Positions 1 to 11,100 of a stretch of 32,000 bases of DNA are shown one piece after another. This stretch comes from Bacteroidales bacterium (lineage in GTDB: Bacteria; Bacteroidota; Bacteroidia; Bacteroidales; UBA12077), in NCBI GenBank assembly GCA_028282585.1, contig JANQHR010000046.1, positions 82,924-114,923 of the forward strand, written 5' to 3'. The translations under genes were made by a program, and so were the position numbers. The notes below the pieces were generated by a model, which saw only the letters and a program-made list of their open reading frames with translations, searched no databases and was not told where the DNA came from. The first letter of the stretch is position 1. The number at the start of each line of letters is the position of its first letter.

Positions 1-3000
1 TTAGATTGTAATTTTCTTACCAGCTGACATTTCTTCCTCTACCAAACCTACATTCTTAATCATATCGATTAGTACCGCAATTTTTCGAATGGTAGTAGCA
101 ACGAATATATCAGAAATAAGTATTTTAATATCAAAGGTGTTATTTATTTGATTTATAAGAATATTTGCTTTTACGGAATGTCCGCCAAGTTCAAAGAAAT
201 CAGCATCAATACTAATCTTATTATCAGAAATACCTAATATATTGGACCATATTGTAACCAGTTGAGCTTCTAACTCTGTTGTAGGTGGTATATATTCAAT
301 TGTATCTTCAATATTTATCTCTGGCAATGCAGTTTTATCAACCTTTCCATTTTTGTTTAAAGAAATATTTTCAATTTCTTTGAAATACTGAGGAATCATG
401 TACTCAGGAATAACATCTTTTAATTCCTCCTTTATATCATTTGAATCTATTTCATAATCTGTAACATAGTAAGCACATAAATATTGCATGTTTAAATTAT
501 CCGTTTTTACAATTACAATAGCATCTGATATACGATCCAGTGATTTTAAAACAGACTCGATTTCTCCTAATTCAATACGATAACCTCTAATTTTAACCTG
601 AAAATCATTTCTACCGATAAATTCTAAACTGCCATTTGGTAACATTCGAGCTAAATCTCCTGTTTTATATAGTTTTTCATTATCAACAAAAGGATTTTTA
701 ATATAACATGTATTAGTTAATATCAGATTATTCAAATAACCTTCCGTTATACATTCTCCACCTATATATAATTCACCAACCATACCTTTTGGTAAAGGAT
801 TTAAATCCTCATTTAAAATGTAAACTTTAGTATTTGGAAATGGATTACCAATTGGAACATTGGTGTTCTTATCTGTTTCAGTATTATATTTATGGATAAT
901 ACACCCTACAGTAGCCTCAGTTGGGCCATACTCATTAAATATTTCTATCCTATTGGCAAATAAATCAATTATATTATGTGCCAATTGTGTTTCTAGTTGT
1001 TCTCCTCCTATTACTATTGTTTTTACTCTACTCTTATTGATTATATCACTCAAACCTTGATTGTCTCTAATAAGCTTTAAATGTGAAGGCGTTAATTTAA
1101 TTACATCCACTTTATTATCCGATAGTACTTTCTCAATATCCGCTTCTTCGTAAATTACTAATTTACTACCATTTATCAAAGGAGTAAAAATTGATGTGAT
1201 GGTTAAATCAAAAGTCAATGATGTATATAACGGGAAATTAGATTCCTTTTGTTTACAATAAAACTTATTAGCACTCCAAATGTAATTAACCAAGTTCTTA
1301 TGATTAACCAAAACTCCTTTGGGATTTCCTGTAGTTCCTGATGTATAAATGCAATAAGCGATATTATACGTAAATCCCTCGGGTAAGTTTTCTTTATAGC
1401 TTAAAAGCTTTTCGTTATTTAAATTTTCATAAAAATCATTTATCTCAAAAATCTTTATTTTACTATAACTATCCTTATTAAAAGCAATTCCAGGAATTTC
1501 AATTAACTGCTTTTCTGTAGGGAAACTTCCCTTATTTTCAAGGATTGTTGAAACTACCTGTGCAAAGGTCTTCTCACCTTCTCCAAAAACAACCAAATCA
1601 ACGTTTAAGTTTTTAAGTACTTCATCATAATTACTAGTTGGATAAGGACCTCCTGCGATTAATATCCCTTTATAATATTTCCTAATATTTTCAACTGTTT
1701 CGTTAAAATATAGTTTATAATAAACTAAGGACCTACAACCTACAATATCCGGTTTGAATTCTTCAATTATTTCTTGCAATTCAGAATGACTATCAAAATC
1801 AACCCGTGATTTTATAATTTTACAATTAACTTTATTATTAAATTCTTTATTAATGTATGTTGCCAGATACATTAAGCCCAATGGAGGCTCAATTACATCA
1901 TAAATATCCTGAGAATCTTTTGAAAAATATAATGATAAATCTATTAAAAGTATTTTAAGTCTATCATTGGATTTAACATCATGTGAAAAATGAGCTTTAA
2001 TTTTTGAGTTTAAGTCAATTGTTTTATTACTTTCAGAATTATTCTCATCTAATTCTATTTCATCTTTAAGTCCTATAAAATTCAATAATTCTTCAAATGT
2101 GCTAATATTAACAGGTAGATAACTGTTATATTTTTGAACTAATTCATCTTTCGTTAATACCTTTAATTGATATGGCAATACTTTTTTAAGTCTCTCTTTA
2201 GAAAGAAAGTATTCATTAAGAAATATTGATTGATACTTTTTTGTAAATGATTCATTAAACGGCAAAGTTAAAGGTAATGCATGATGAGGAAGATGTTCTG
2301 ACATTGAAATAGATTTCTCAGAAATACCATTTTCCAATGCCATTTTATGCATATCTGTATTTTTATAAATCTTTAAAATATTGATATAAGGAAAATGTAT
2401 CCATTTAATACTTTGAATAAAATTTAATGTCATTAGAGCTTCCTCTTCTGTTTCAGTTGGGAATCCATGCATTGTCATTAGTTCAATAATAACCTGAGGA
2501 TAGGTTTTACTAATATATTCAAGATTATCTTTTAATTTTTGTAAATCAATATTTTTATTTATAAGCTTTTGTAATCGTGGAGACGCGGTTTCAAGAGCTA
2601 AAGCAAAATTTACAACACCTGCTTTTACCATCAAATCAATGTACTCTTTAGTTAAGATATCTCCTCTTAATCCGTTAGGGAAAAAAAAGTTTACTTTTAA
2701 TCCATTTTCAATAATCAGTTCAAAAAATCGCTTACTGTTTTGAACATTTAAATTAAAAATATCATCAACAAATGAGAATCTTTTAATTCCCATTTTATAG
2801 TAAAGATTAACTTCTTCGAATATATTATCAGCAGATCTAAATACATGCTTTTTAGACCAAACTTTATGACAATATGCACATTTAAAAGGACAACCTCTGG
2901 TTGCTTGAATTGAAATGCTATTTTTCACCATAGCTTGTCCTATATATTGAGTATAATAGTTATAATCAACTAAAGAACGGTTAGGCATAGGTAAAGAATC

Positions 3001-4947
3001 AAATTCTTTAATTGGATCTCTATTTATTGTTTTTACAATATTATCGGTATCAAGAATATTCTGAATTTTTCTCTCTCGAATTATTTTCTTCGAAGCTATA
3101 ATCAATGATAATTGAGAATCAGTTACAATAGTACGAAGTCTTTTTTCAGGTATATCGGTATCCAAGGGTAAATAAACACAGTTTAGTTTAAGTATTCCCA
3201 GTATTGCAACTATTGTATCGATTGATCGTTCCATCATAACACCGACCATCTCACCTTCGTTGATATTTTTATATTTAAGAAATGCAGCAAATTTATCTGA
3301 CACTTCTCCAAGTTCTTTATATGTCAGAGTTTCTTTATGCATTTGCAATGCTATATCGGAAGGAGTTTCTTCTACCTGATTATTAAATAAATCAATAATG
3401 GTCTTATCGTAGGGAAAATACGATTTTGTTCGGTTAAGGTCAAAAACTATCCGTTCTTTTTCTTCAGAAGTAAGCAGATCAACCTGTCCTAAAGTCAACT
3501 CATCATCTCGAACAATCTGATTAGAAAGATTTTTAAAGAAACTCCCAAATCTATCAATAGTATCTGAATTAAATAAATCAGTTGAATATTCAAAGTTTAA
3601 TAAGATTTGGTTACCGTAATCATACACATTTAGTCTTAAATCAAACTTAGAGTGTCCCTTTATATGGTTGTTTATTGTATTATGATCAGATTTTTTAATT
3701 TCAGTTTCTTTGGTATTTTGTAAAGCAAATACAACATCAAATAAGGGATTTCTATTGGTATTTTTTGTTATGGTTAATTTATCTAACAACTCCTCCAGAG
3801 GATACTCTTGGTTTTCAAAGGCTTCCACTGTTAAAGTCTTGATTTCTTTAAGGTAATCTTTAATCTTCTTATTTCCATCCGGGAAACTTCTTAAAGCCAT
3901 TGTATTAACAAACATTCCAACAACTCCCGCAAAATCAACATGAGGTCTGGCTTCATTTGTAGTTCCAATAATAATATCATTTTGTCCGGATATCTTTGAC
4001 AATAGTATCTTAAATGTTGCTAACATTATCATGTATAATGTTAATCCATTTCTTGATATATATGCCTTTACATTTTGAGTTTCACCTATCGATAGTGCAT
4101 AGGAAACCGTAGCTCCTTCGAAATTTATATTCGCGCTGCGAGAATAATCAGTTGGCAGGTCTAATGAAGGTAATTCGCCAGCTAATTTTTGTAACCAATA
4201 TTTCTCACTTTGGAGCTTCTTATCATGTTGCTGTTTACTTTTTCGCCATTCAGAAAAGTCAGTATATTGCAAATTACGTGAAGCCAATTTTTTCCCTTCA
4301 TACAATTTTATAAAATCTTCAGTTAGTATTGAGTGTGATATACCATCGCAAATGATGTGGTGCATATCAATAAACAAAAGTGATCTGTTCGTATTTGTTT
4401 TTATCAAACTACTTCTAACTAATGGAGCTTTATCCATTTCAAAAGGTTTTAATAAAGTATGCTGAATATTATTAATTTCTTCTTCTTGAATATATAACTC
4501 GTTCAAAGTAAAATTGATATTTTCATTAATTATTTGAACTATGGAATCACCCACCATTCTGTAAGATGACCTTAAAATATCGTGATGATTAATCAGAATT
4601 GAAAATAATTCTTCGATTTTATCCTTGTCAAGGCCATCAGGTAATGGAATGAAAAAGGGCATATTATATGCAACATTATTAGATAACTGTTGCAATAAAT
4701 ACATTCTGGTTTGCGGAGAAGTTAATGAATAATATTCCTTTTTTTCACTTTTTTTTATATTAGCAAATGAATTTTGCCTATTATACTTAACTAGAAATTC
4801 AATTAATTCTTTCTTATTATCTCTAATTAATTCTATTAACTCCTTCGTTATTTTTTCCTTATCACCTTTCAGTTTTATTTGATTTTCACTTAATCCAATT
4901 TTAATTCCTTTCTGATTGAGGTGATCTACCAGTTCGAAGATATTCAT
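1..4947 (-). CDS. NRPS: TubC-like docking domain - C - A (Asn-like code, interrupted by radical SAM + B12-binding insert) - PCP
   Basis: 1648-aa ORF with stop at nt 1-3. N-terminal MNIFELVDHLNQKGIKIGLSENQIKLKG... resembles TubC docking domains. C motif HHIICDG; A3 YTSGTTGNPKG, A4 FDLTITS, A5 NEYGPTEATVG, A7 YKTGDLAR, A8 KIRGYRIELGE, A10 NKNGKVDK; PCP FFELGGHSVKA. Confidence 0.96.
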   Translation of the reverse strand: MNIFELVDHLNQKGIKIGLSENQIKLKGDKEKITKELIELIRDNKKELIEFLVKYNRQNSFANIKKSEKKEYYSLTSPQTRMYLLQQLSNNVAYNMPFFIPLPDGLDKDKIEELFSILINHHDILRSSYRMVGDSIVQIINENINFTLNELYIQEEEINNIQHTLLKPFEMDKAPLVRSSLIKTNTNRSLLFIDMHHIICDGISHSILTEDFIKLYEGKKLASRNLQYTDFSEWRKSKQQHDKKLQSEKYWLQKLAGELPSLDLPTDYSRSANINFEGATVSYALSIGETQNVKAYISRNGLTLYMIMLATFKILLSKISGQNDIIIGTTNEARPHVDFAGVVGMFVNTMALRSFPDGNKKIKDYLKEIKTLTVEAFENQEYPLEELLDKLTITKNTNRNPLFDVVFALQNTKETEIKKSDHNTINNHIKGHSKFDLRLNVYDYGNQILLNFEYSTDLFNSDTIDRFGSFFKNLSNQIVRDDELTLGQVDLLTSEEKERIVFDLNRTKSYFPYDKTIIDLFNNQVEETPSDIALQMHKETLTYKELGEVSDKFAAFLKYKNINEGEMVGVMMERSIDTIVAILGILKLNCVYLPLDTDIPEKRLRTIVTDSQLSLIIASKKIIRERKIQNILDTDNIVKTINRDPIKEFDSLPMPNRSLVDYNYYTQYIGQAMVKNSISIQATRGCPFKCAYCHKVWSKKHVFRSADNIFEEVNLYYKMGIKRFSFVDDIFNLNVQNSKRFFELIIENGLKVNFFFPNGLRGDILTKEYIDLMVKAGVVNFALALETASPRLQKLINKNIDLQKLKDNLEYISKTYPQVIIELMTMHGFPTETEEEALMTLNFIQSIKWIHFPYINILKIYKNTDMHKMALENGISEKSISMSEHLPHHALPLTLPFNESFTKKYQSIFLNEYFLSKERLKKVLPYQLKVLTKDELVQKYNSYLPVNISTFEELLNFIGLKDEIELDENNSESNKTIDLNSKIKAHFSHDVKSNDRLKILLIDLSLYFSKDSQDIYDVIEPPLGLMYLATYINKEFNNKVNCKIIKSRVDFDSHSELQEIIEEFKPDIVGCRSLVYYKLYFNETVENIRKYYKGILIAGGPYPTSNYDEVLKNLNVDLVVFGEGEKTFAQVVSTILENKGSFPTEKQLIEIPGIAFNKDSYSKIKIFEINDFYENLNNEKLLSYKENLPEGFTYNIAYCIYTSGTTGNPKGVLVNHKNLVNYIWSANKFYCKQKESNFPLYTSLTFDLTITSIFTPLINGSKLVIYEEADIEKVLSDNKVDVIKLTPSHLKLIRDNQGLSDIINKSRVKTIVIGGEQLETQLAHNIIDLFANRIEIFNEYGPTEATVGCIIHKYNTETDKNTNVPIGNPFPNTKVYILNEDLNPLPKGMVGELYIGGECITEGYLNNLILTNTCYIKNPFVDNEKLYKTGDLARMLPNGSLEFIGRNDFQVKIRGYRIELGEIESVLKSLDRISDAIVIVKTDNLNMQYLCAYYVTDYEIDSNDIKEELKDVIPEYMIPQYFKEIENISLNKNGKVDKTALPEINIEDTIEYIPPTTELEAQLVTIWSNILGISDNKISIDADFFELGGHSVKANILINQINNTFDIKILISDIFVATTIRKIAVLIDMIKNVGLVEEEMSAGKKITI
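1430..3020 (-). other. B12-dependent (class B-type) radical SAM module inserted in the A domain; order is radical SAM then B12-binding
   Basis: SLPMPNRSLVDYNYY...ATRGCPFKCAYCHKVW (CxxxCxxC) ... ALETASPRLQKLINK ... then KILLIDLSLYF...IEPPLGLMYLATYI...EFKPDIVG...ILIAGGPYPTSNYDEVL...VDLVVFGEGEKTF...IPGIAFN. It lies between A2 (LGILKLNCVYLPLD) and A3 (YTSGTTG). Confidence 0.9.
4785..4947 (-). other. N-terminal TubC/beta-hairpin-type NRPS docking domain
   Basis: First ~53 aa, LVDHLNQKGIKIGLSENQIKLKGDKEKITKELIELIRDNKKELIEFL, match the usual pattern L...L...G(V/I).....g..L.........l...l...K.ELi..L. Confidence 0.8.
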
Positions 4948-5103
4948 TTTCTATTTATTAATTATTAATTCAGATTAAGCTTATCTTTTAATTATTCTTT
5001 GAACAGTAAGAAAATAAGCCTTCAATATTTATTAATTTGATTATCTTTTATTTACAAATTACACTATACTAAAATCTAAGAAAGTAAGGTGGTATCAGAT
5101 TAA

Positions 5104-8100
5104 TTAAATAATAATTTCAACTTCCTCATTAACTTCATCGTCTTCTTCAATATTTTGGAGTAATTGAATCAGTTTTGAAATTGTTTTTATGTTAGGGTTT
5201 TCAAAGAAATCTCCAAGTCGGATTTCTATATTGAATTCTTTATATATCATTGAAGTAATTTGAATTGCATTTAAGCTATGTCCTCCAATTTCAAAAAAGT
5301 CGTCGTATATGCCTATTTTATCAAGTGCAAGAACTTCTTCCCAAATTTTAGTTAATTTTTTTTCTACATTGGTTTGTGGTTCGACATAGCTATTACTTTC
5401 AAGCTTAAAGTCTTTTAAATTTGCCAACTGCCTCCTGTCAGCCTTTCCATTTGTATTTAATGGTATTTTATCCAGTTGAATAAAAAAAGTTGGAACCATG
5501 TAAGCTGGTAATTTTTTTGAGATTTCCGATATAATAACACTGGTGTCTATTTTATTTTTATTCGATACAGTATAAGCCACCAGTTTTTTATTTCCCGAGT
5601 TATCATCTATTGCTATTACAACACTTTCTTTAATATCATCCAATTGATTAAGTACCGATTCTATTTCTCCCAGTTCAACTCTAAATCCTCGTATTTTTAT
5701 TTGATCATCTATTCTACCCAAAAATTCTATATCGCCACTTGGAAGCCATCTTGCTATGTCGCCAGTTTTATAAATTCTAACTGCATCCTTAGGGTTATCT
5801 TTTTCAGAATAAATTTTACCACGTTCTTTATTCCATATTATAAATTTATCTTTTGTCAGAGAATTATTCTGATAATACCCTCGTGCTAAACCGACACCAC
5901 CTATATGTAATTCTCCGGGGATACCAACAGGTTGTAATTTGTGGTTATTATTTAAAATAAAAAGATTAATATTATCAATAGGTTTACCGATTGGAATTGT
6001 ATCTACTTTTTCATCCCTGGTGCAATTATAATATGAAACGTCAACTGTCGCCTCGGTAGGACCATAAAGGTTTACTAAATTAACTTTTAAGTTTTTAAAT
6101 AATTCATTAAAAAATAAAACACTATTTGCCGATAAGGCTTCACCACTAGCAAATACCTGTATTAAACTTTTTAGATTGTCTACGTCTACATTATGATCCT
6201 TAATATACTGTAAAAAAACATTTAACATAGAAGGCACAAAATGTATTTTTGTTACTTCTTTTTTAGTTATTGTCTCAATTATTCTATTTGGATCTTTTTC
6301 TTCATTTTTGTCTAATAAAACCAATGATGCCCCATAAAAACTCCACCAAAATAGTTCCCATACTGAAACATCAAAACCTATTGAAGTCTTTTGAATCAAA
6401 ATATCCGTTGGAGAAGCATTATATTTTTTTTGCATCCAGTTAATTCTGTTTATTACAGAATGATGTTCTATCATAACTCCTTTAGGTTTTCCTGTAGAAC
6501 CCGATGTATAAATAACATATGCTATATTGTTGGAGTTAGCCTGATTAAATTCTTTTAATCCAGGTTTTTCATAAGAAAAACTATCTATGAATATCAAATC
6601 TGTACCCGTTTCTTCGAACTTATCCTTTAAATGAATTTTTGTTATAACAAGGTTACATCCACTATCTGATAGCATTATTGATATTCTTTCATCAGGATAA
6701 TCTGGAATAATAGGTAAATAAGCAGCTCCTGACTTTAAGATTCCATAAATACAGATCATCATTTCTATTGATCTATCCATACTAACTCCTACTAGCTTTT
6801 CAGGCCCAATTCCACAATGTCGAAGATATTCTGCTAATTCATTTGCTTTAGCATTTAATTCTTTATATGTTATTCTTTCATCTTTATAGATTAAAGCAAT
6901 CTTATTAGGAGTTTTTAAAACCTGCTCTTCAAATAAATAATGGATACATTTCTCTTTAGGATAATTAACTTTTGTATTGTTGAAATTACCTAAAATCTGA
7001 CCCTTTTCTTCTTTTGTCAATATATCCAGTTCATTTATAATAATATCTTTATTCTCAACTACACTTGTAACTATCTTGTTAAAATGCTTTAATATTCTTT
7101 TAACCGTATCTCTATAAAATAAATCGGTATCGTAAATTATAGAAAGTTTTATTTCATTATTATTATGATGAAATATGAAATCCAAATCAAATGTACTTTT
7201 TATATTATTGCTGCTGTTTTTAAAAGGTTTCAAACTTAAATGATTGCTATTACTTGTTTCATTTTCATAAACAAAATCTCGATCACTATTATATAATACA
7301 ATTACATCAAAAAATGCAGATCCTACCGAATTTCTTTCTGTAGATAATTCCTCAACTAATTTACTAAATGGATATTCCTGGTGATTATATGCTTCTTGAG
7401 TATTATCTCTAACACTATTTAAAAATTGCTCAAAAGTTTTATTTCGATCAACTTTATTTCTTAAAGTCAACATATTTACATAATATCCAATTTGATCTCT
7501 TAAATTATAATTTTGTCTACCTGATACAGGAGTTCCAATTATTATATCATTTTGGTCTGTATATTTATAAAGTAATATTTTCACTAATGAAAGTAGTGTC
7601 ATAAATGGAGTAGAATAATTGCTTTTACTGATATCAAGTAAACTATCCACCTGGTATTTGGATAGAGTCAGGCTTACAAGATCTGCTCCATGTGATTTGC
7701 TTTTTGTCCTACTTTTATCGGTTGGAATATTTAAAGATGGCAGTTTACCTCCAAGTATTTTATGCCAATATTCTTTGTGTTTTCTATAAATATCCGAGTT
7801 TACTATATTATTTTGCCAGGCACTGTAATCTTTATACTGAATTGTTAATGGTTCAACTAGTACTTTTTCATTATTTATTCGAGAATTGTATAGATTTAAT
7901 GCATCTTTACCAAATACATACATTGACCATCCATCGCTTATAATGTGATGCATTGCGTAAACAAAGACATATTTCTTTTCTTCAATCTTAATCAGATAGC
8001 TTCTTAACAAAGGTCCTTTGTATAAATCAAATCTTTTTGTTTTAGCTTCTTTTATTAATTCATTTACTTTCTTTTCTGTAGAAGCTTCTTTACTAAAGTC

Positions 8101-11100
8101 ATATTCCTCTATCTCAAAATCAATAGAAGTTAATACCTTTTGTTTAAATTGTCCATCCTTTTTTGCGAATACCGTTCTAAATGATTCATGTCTGTTAATT
8201 AACATATTAAATACATTTCCAAAAACACCAGCGTCAACTTCTCCTTCCAAGATAAAAGAGTTAGATATTATGTACCCATAATTATTCTTAGATAATTCAT
8301 CAATTAAAAGTAGTTGCTTTTGCGAATATGATACTTCGTAATACTCCTGATGCTGTACTTTCGGAATAACATTTCTATTGTAATTTAACTGATTTGTTGA
8401 ATCAGTTGAATTATCTATTAATTCATTTAGTTTATCGATATCAATTCTATTAAAATCGATGCAATCAATAAGTTTTATTTTATATTCATTACCAGTATAA
8501 GAAGGATCATTATAAAGCATTTTTTGAAGATTCCTAATAAATGGTTCTACTGACAATAAAGAAACAAACTCTTCAGCTTTAATTTTTGCAATACTTGACT
8601 GCTTTTCATAAACTTCTTTGCTATAATATAAATCTTTTAATGCCTTTATCCAAGGTTCTATTTCTTGTTCAGGAACTATTGCTTGTGGTAAAGAATTTTC
8701 GTTAAACTCATTCTTATATTCTTTAATATGATTAATAGGTATCAGGTAATCCGTTTCTAATTTTGCTTCTATTAATCCTCCATGCTGACTAGCTAAAACA
8801 GGAATTCCCCTTAACATAGCATCAGTACAGGCCATACCAAATCCTTCAGCCCATAATGTTGGCATTAATAATATCTTTACATTAGCCAAGAGTTCATTTA
8901 AACTCTCTTTATTTTCCATTATTGTAATGTTAGGCACCTCATTCATCAACCTCATATCTGTTGGCGTAGTACCCCAACCCGGAACAATTGCGAATTTAAT
9001 TTCAGGTAATAATTTTGCTAAAGTCAATAGTATTTTAATTCCTTTTACATCACACGGATTAAACATAAAAACATATTCATTATCAAAGGAAGCTAACTTT
9101 GGAAAAATGTCATTTCCAAAATGAGGCGGATGGTTTACAAAAGTACTGAATCCAGTATGTGTTTTAACATAATTAGAAACATACTCACTAATTGTTACAA
9201 TCTGAGTTGATTTACCTATTAATTCGGTTCGCTTTTTTCCAGGGTAAAGACTTTCAGGCCCGAATGGAAGTAATTGGGGAGTATGAGCTAAATATATTAT
9301 ATTATCGGATCTAACCTCATGAATAGCTTTTAACAGTTGTTGAGATGGATCTTCTGCAGAAATAAATATCCAATCGGGTTGAAATTCTTTAATTATCTTT
9401 TGAAGTTCTACTTTTAAATCATCAGTTTCTAAAATTGCATGTACTTCAACATTCTTTATATTAAAAACATACTTTTTATCATAAACATCAACGGTTATTC
9501 CATCATCTTTTAAGCTTTCCAATAATTCCTGGCTCGTAATATCACTAGGAACAGCTAGTGCAGGTGTAACAACTTTTACATTATGACCAAGTTGTGCAAT
9601 TTCTTCTACCAAATATTTATTTGATTTATTAGCGCCTCCAAATACTCTTGTATAAGGTAGATTCATAGTTAAAATCAAATCAAGTTTAATATTAGGTGCT
9701 ACATCTATCTTCTGTAGAATTTCCTTAATATTTGCAATATCAGATTGCTCTATTTTTCTTCTTAATATCAGTTTCCCAAAATCTTGAATTGTTGTTTTTG
9801 AAAATAGAACTACAAAATCAATATCTGTTGAGAATTCATGATTTATCCTTGATAATAATTTTATTGCTAGTAAACTGTTTCCACCTAAATCAAAAAAGTT
9901 TGAGTTAATACTAATTTCATCAACTTCAATATTTAAAACTTCGGCCCAAATAGATGCTAATTGTTTTTCAGTCTTATTACGAGGAGCAATATAGTTATTG
10001 TTAATACCTGCACGTGGTTCCGGTAATTTTTCTTTATCAACTTTTCCGTTAATTGTCAAAGGTAAATTATCAATAATGACAAAAAATGATGGGATCATGT
10101 ATTCTGGAAGCTTTCTTTTTAAAAACTCCCTAAGAATATCATTCAGCTCTGATATTTTATTATCATGGAGTATAATATATGCGCACAGATATTTTTCACC
10201 AGAGTCACTTAATTTATCCACAACAATTGTATCTTTAATCAAATCATGTTTTAGAAGATTCTTTTCAATCTCACCTAATTCAATACGATACCCTCTTATT
10301 TTTATCTGGTTATCAATCCTTTCAACGAATTCTAAGTTTCCATCTGATTTAAAAAAGGCCTTATCTCCGGTTTTATATAAAATATGGTTATTGGAAGTAT
10401 TAATAAATTTTTCAGATGTAAGTTCAACTCTGTTCAAGTATCCTTCGGCAAGGCAGTTTCCTCCAATATAAATTTCACCTGGGATTTCTTTAGGAATAAC
10501 ATTAAATTTATTATCGAATAAATAAATATTAGAATTTGATATTGGTTTTCCAATAGGAACATTTTCGGCATAGTCATCTTCAATTTTGTATTCATAAATC
10601 ATACATCCAACCGTTGCTTCAGTTGGACCATATTCGTTATATATTTGTACAGATCTCTGAAATGCCTTTGATACAATTCTGCAGTCTTTACTTTTAAGCT
10701 GATCTCCACCAATAATCAGTTTCCTAACATTTGAGTTTTTAAGATTATATTCATCTAATATTTTTAAGTGAGCTGGTGTTAACTTTACGATATTTATATC
10801 CTTATTATCAAATATTCTGCTAAAAGTTTCAGGAATATCTGTCGAATCATAAATAATAATTTTACCACCGGTTAAAAGTGGAACATAAATAGAGGTTTTG
10901 GTTAAGTCAAAGGATATGGATGAATATAATGGAAAATTAAAATTACCATCTATGTTATATATGTCCGAAGCCCAATTTATATAATTAGCAATACTTTCAT
11001 GATTAACAATTACTCCTTTTGGATTTCCAGTTGAACCGGAAGTATAAATTATGTATGCGCTTTTATAATTCTTGTTTGATATATCAAAACTCTGACCATT

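Noticed and set aside
4948-5103. 157-nt intergenic gap considered for a promoter, terminator or small RNA
   Set aside because: AT-rich with no clear stem-loop plus T-tract and no convincing Bacteroidota TTTG/TAnnTTTG pair by eye. Left unannotated.
7692-10471. Other plus-strand short ORFs antisense to the NRPS (7692, 8018, 8927, 9998)
   Set aside because: Low-complexity Leu/Ser/Phe-rich translations mirroring the opposite coding strand; no support as genes.
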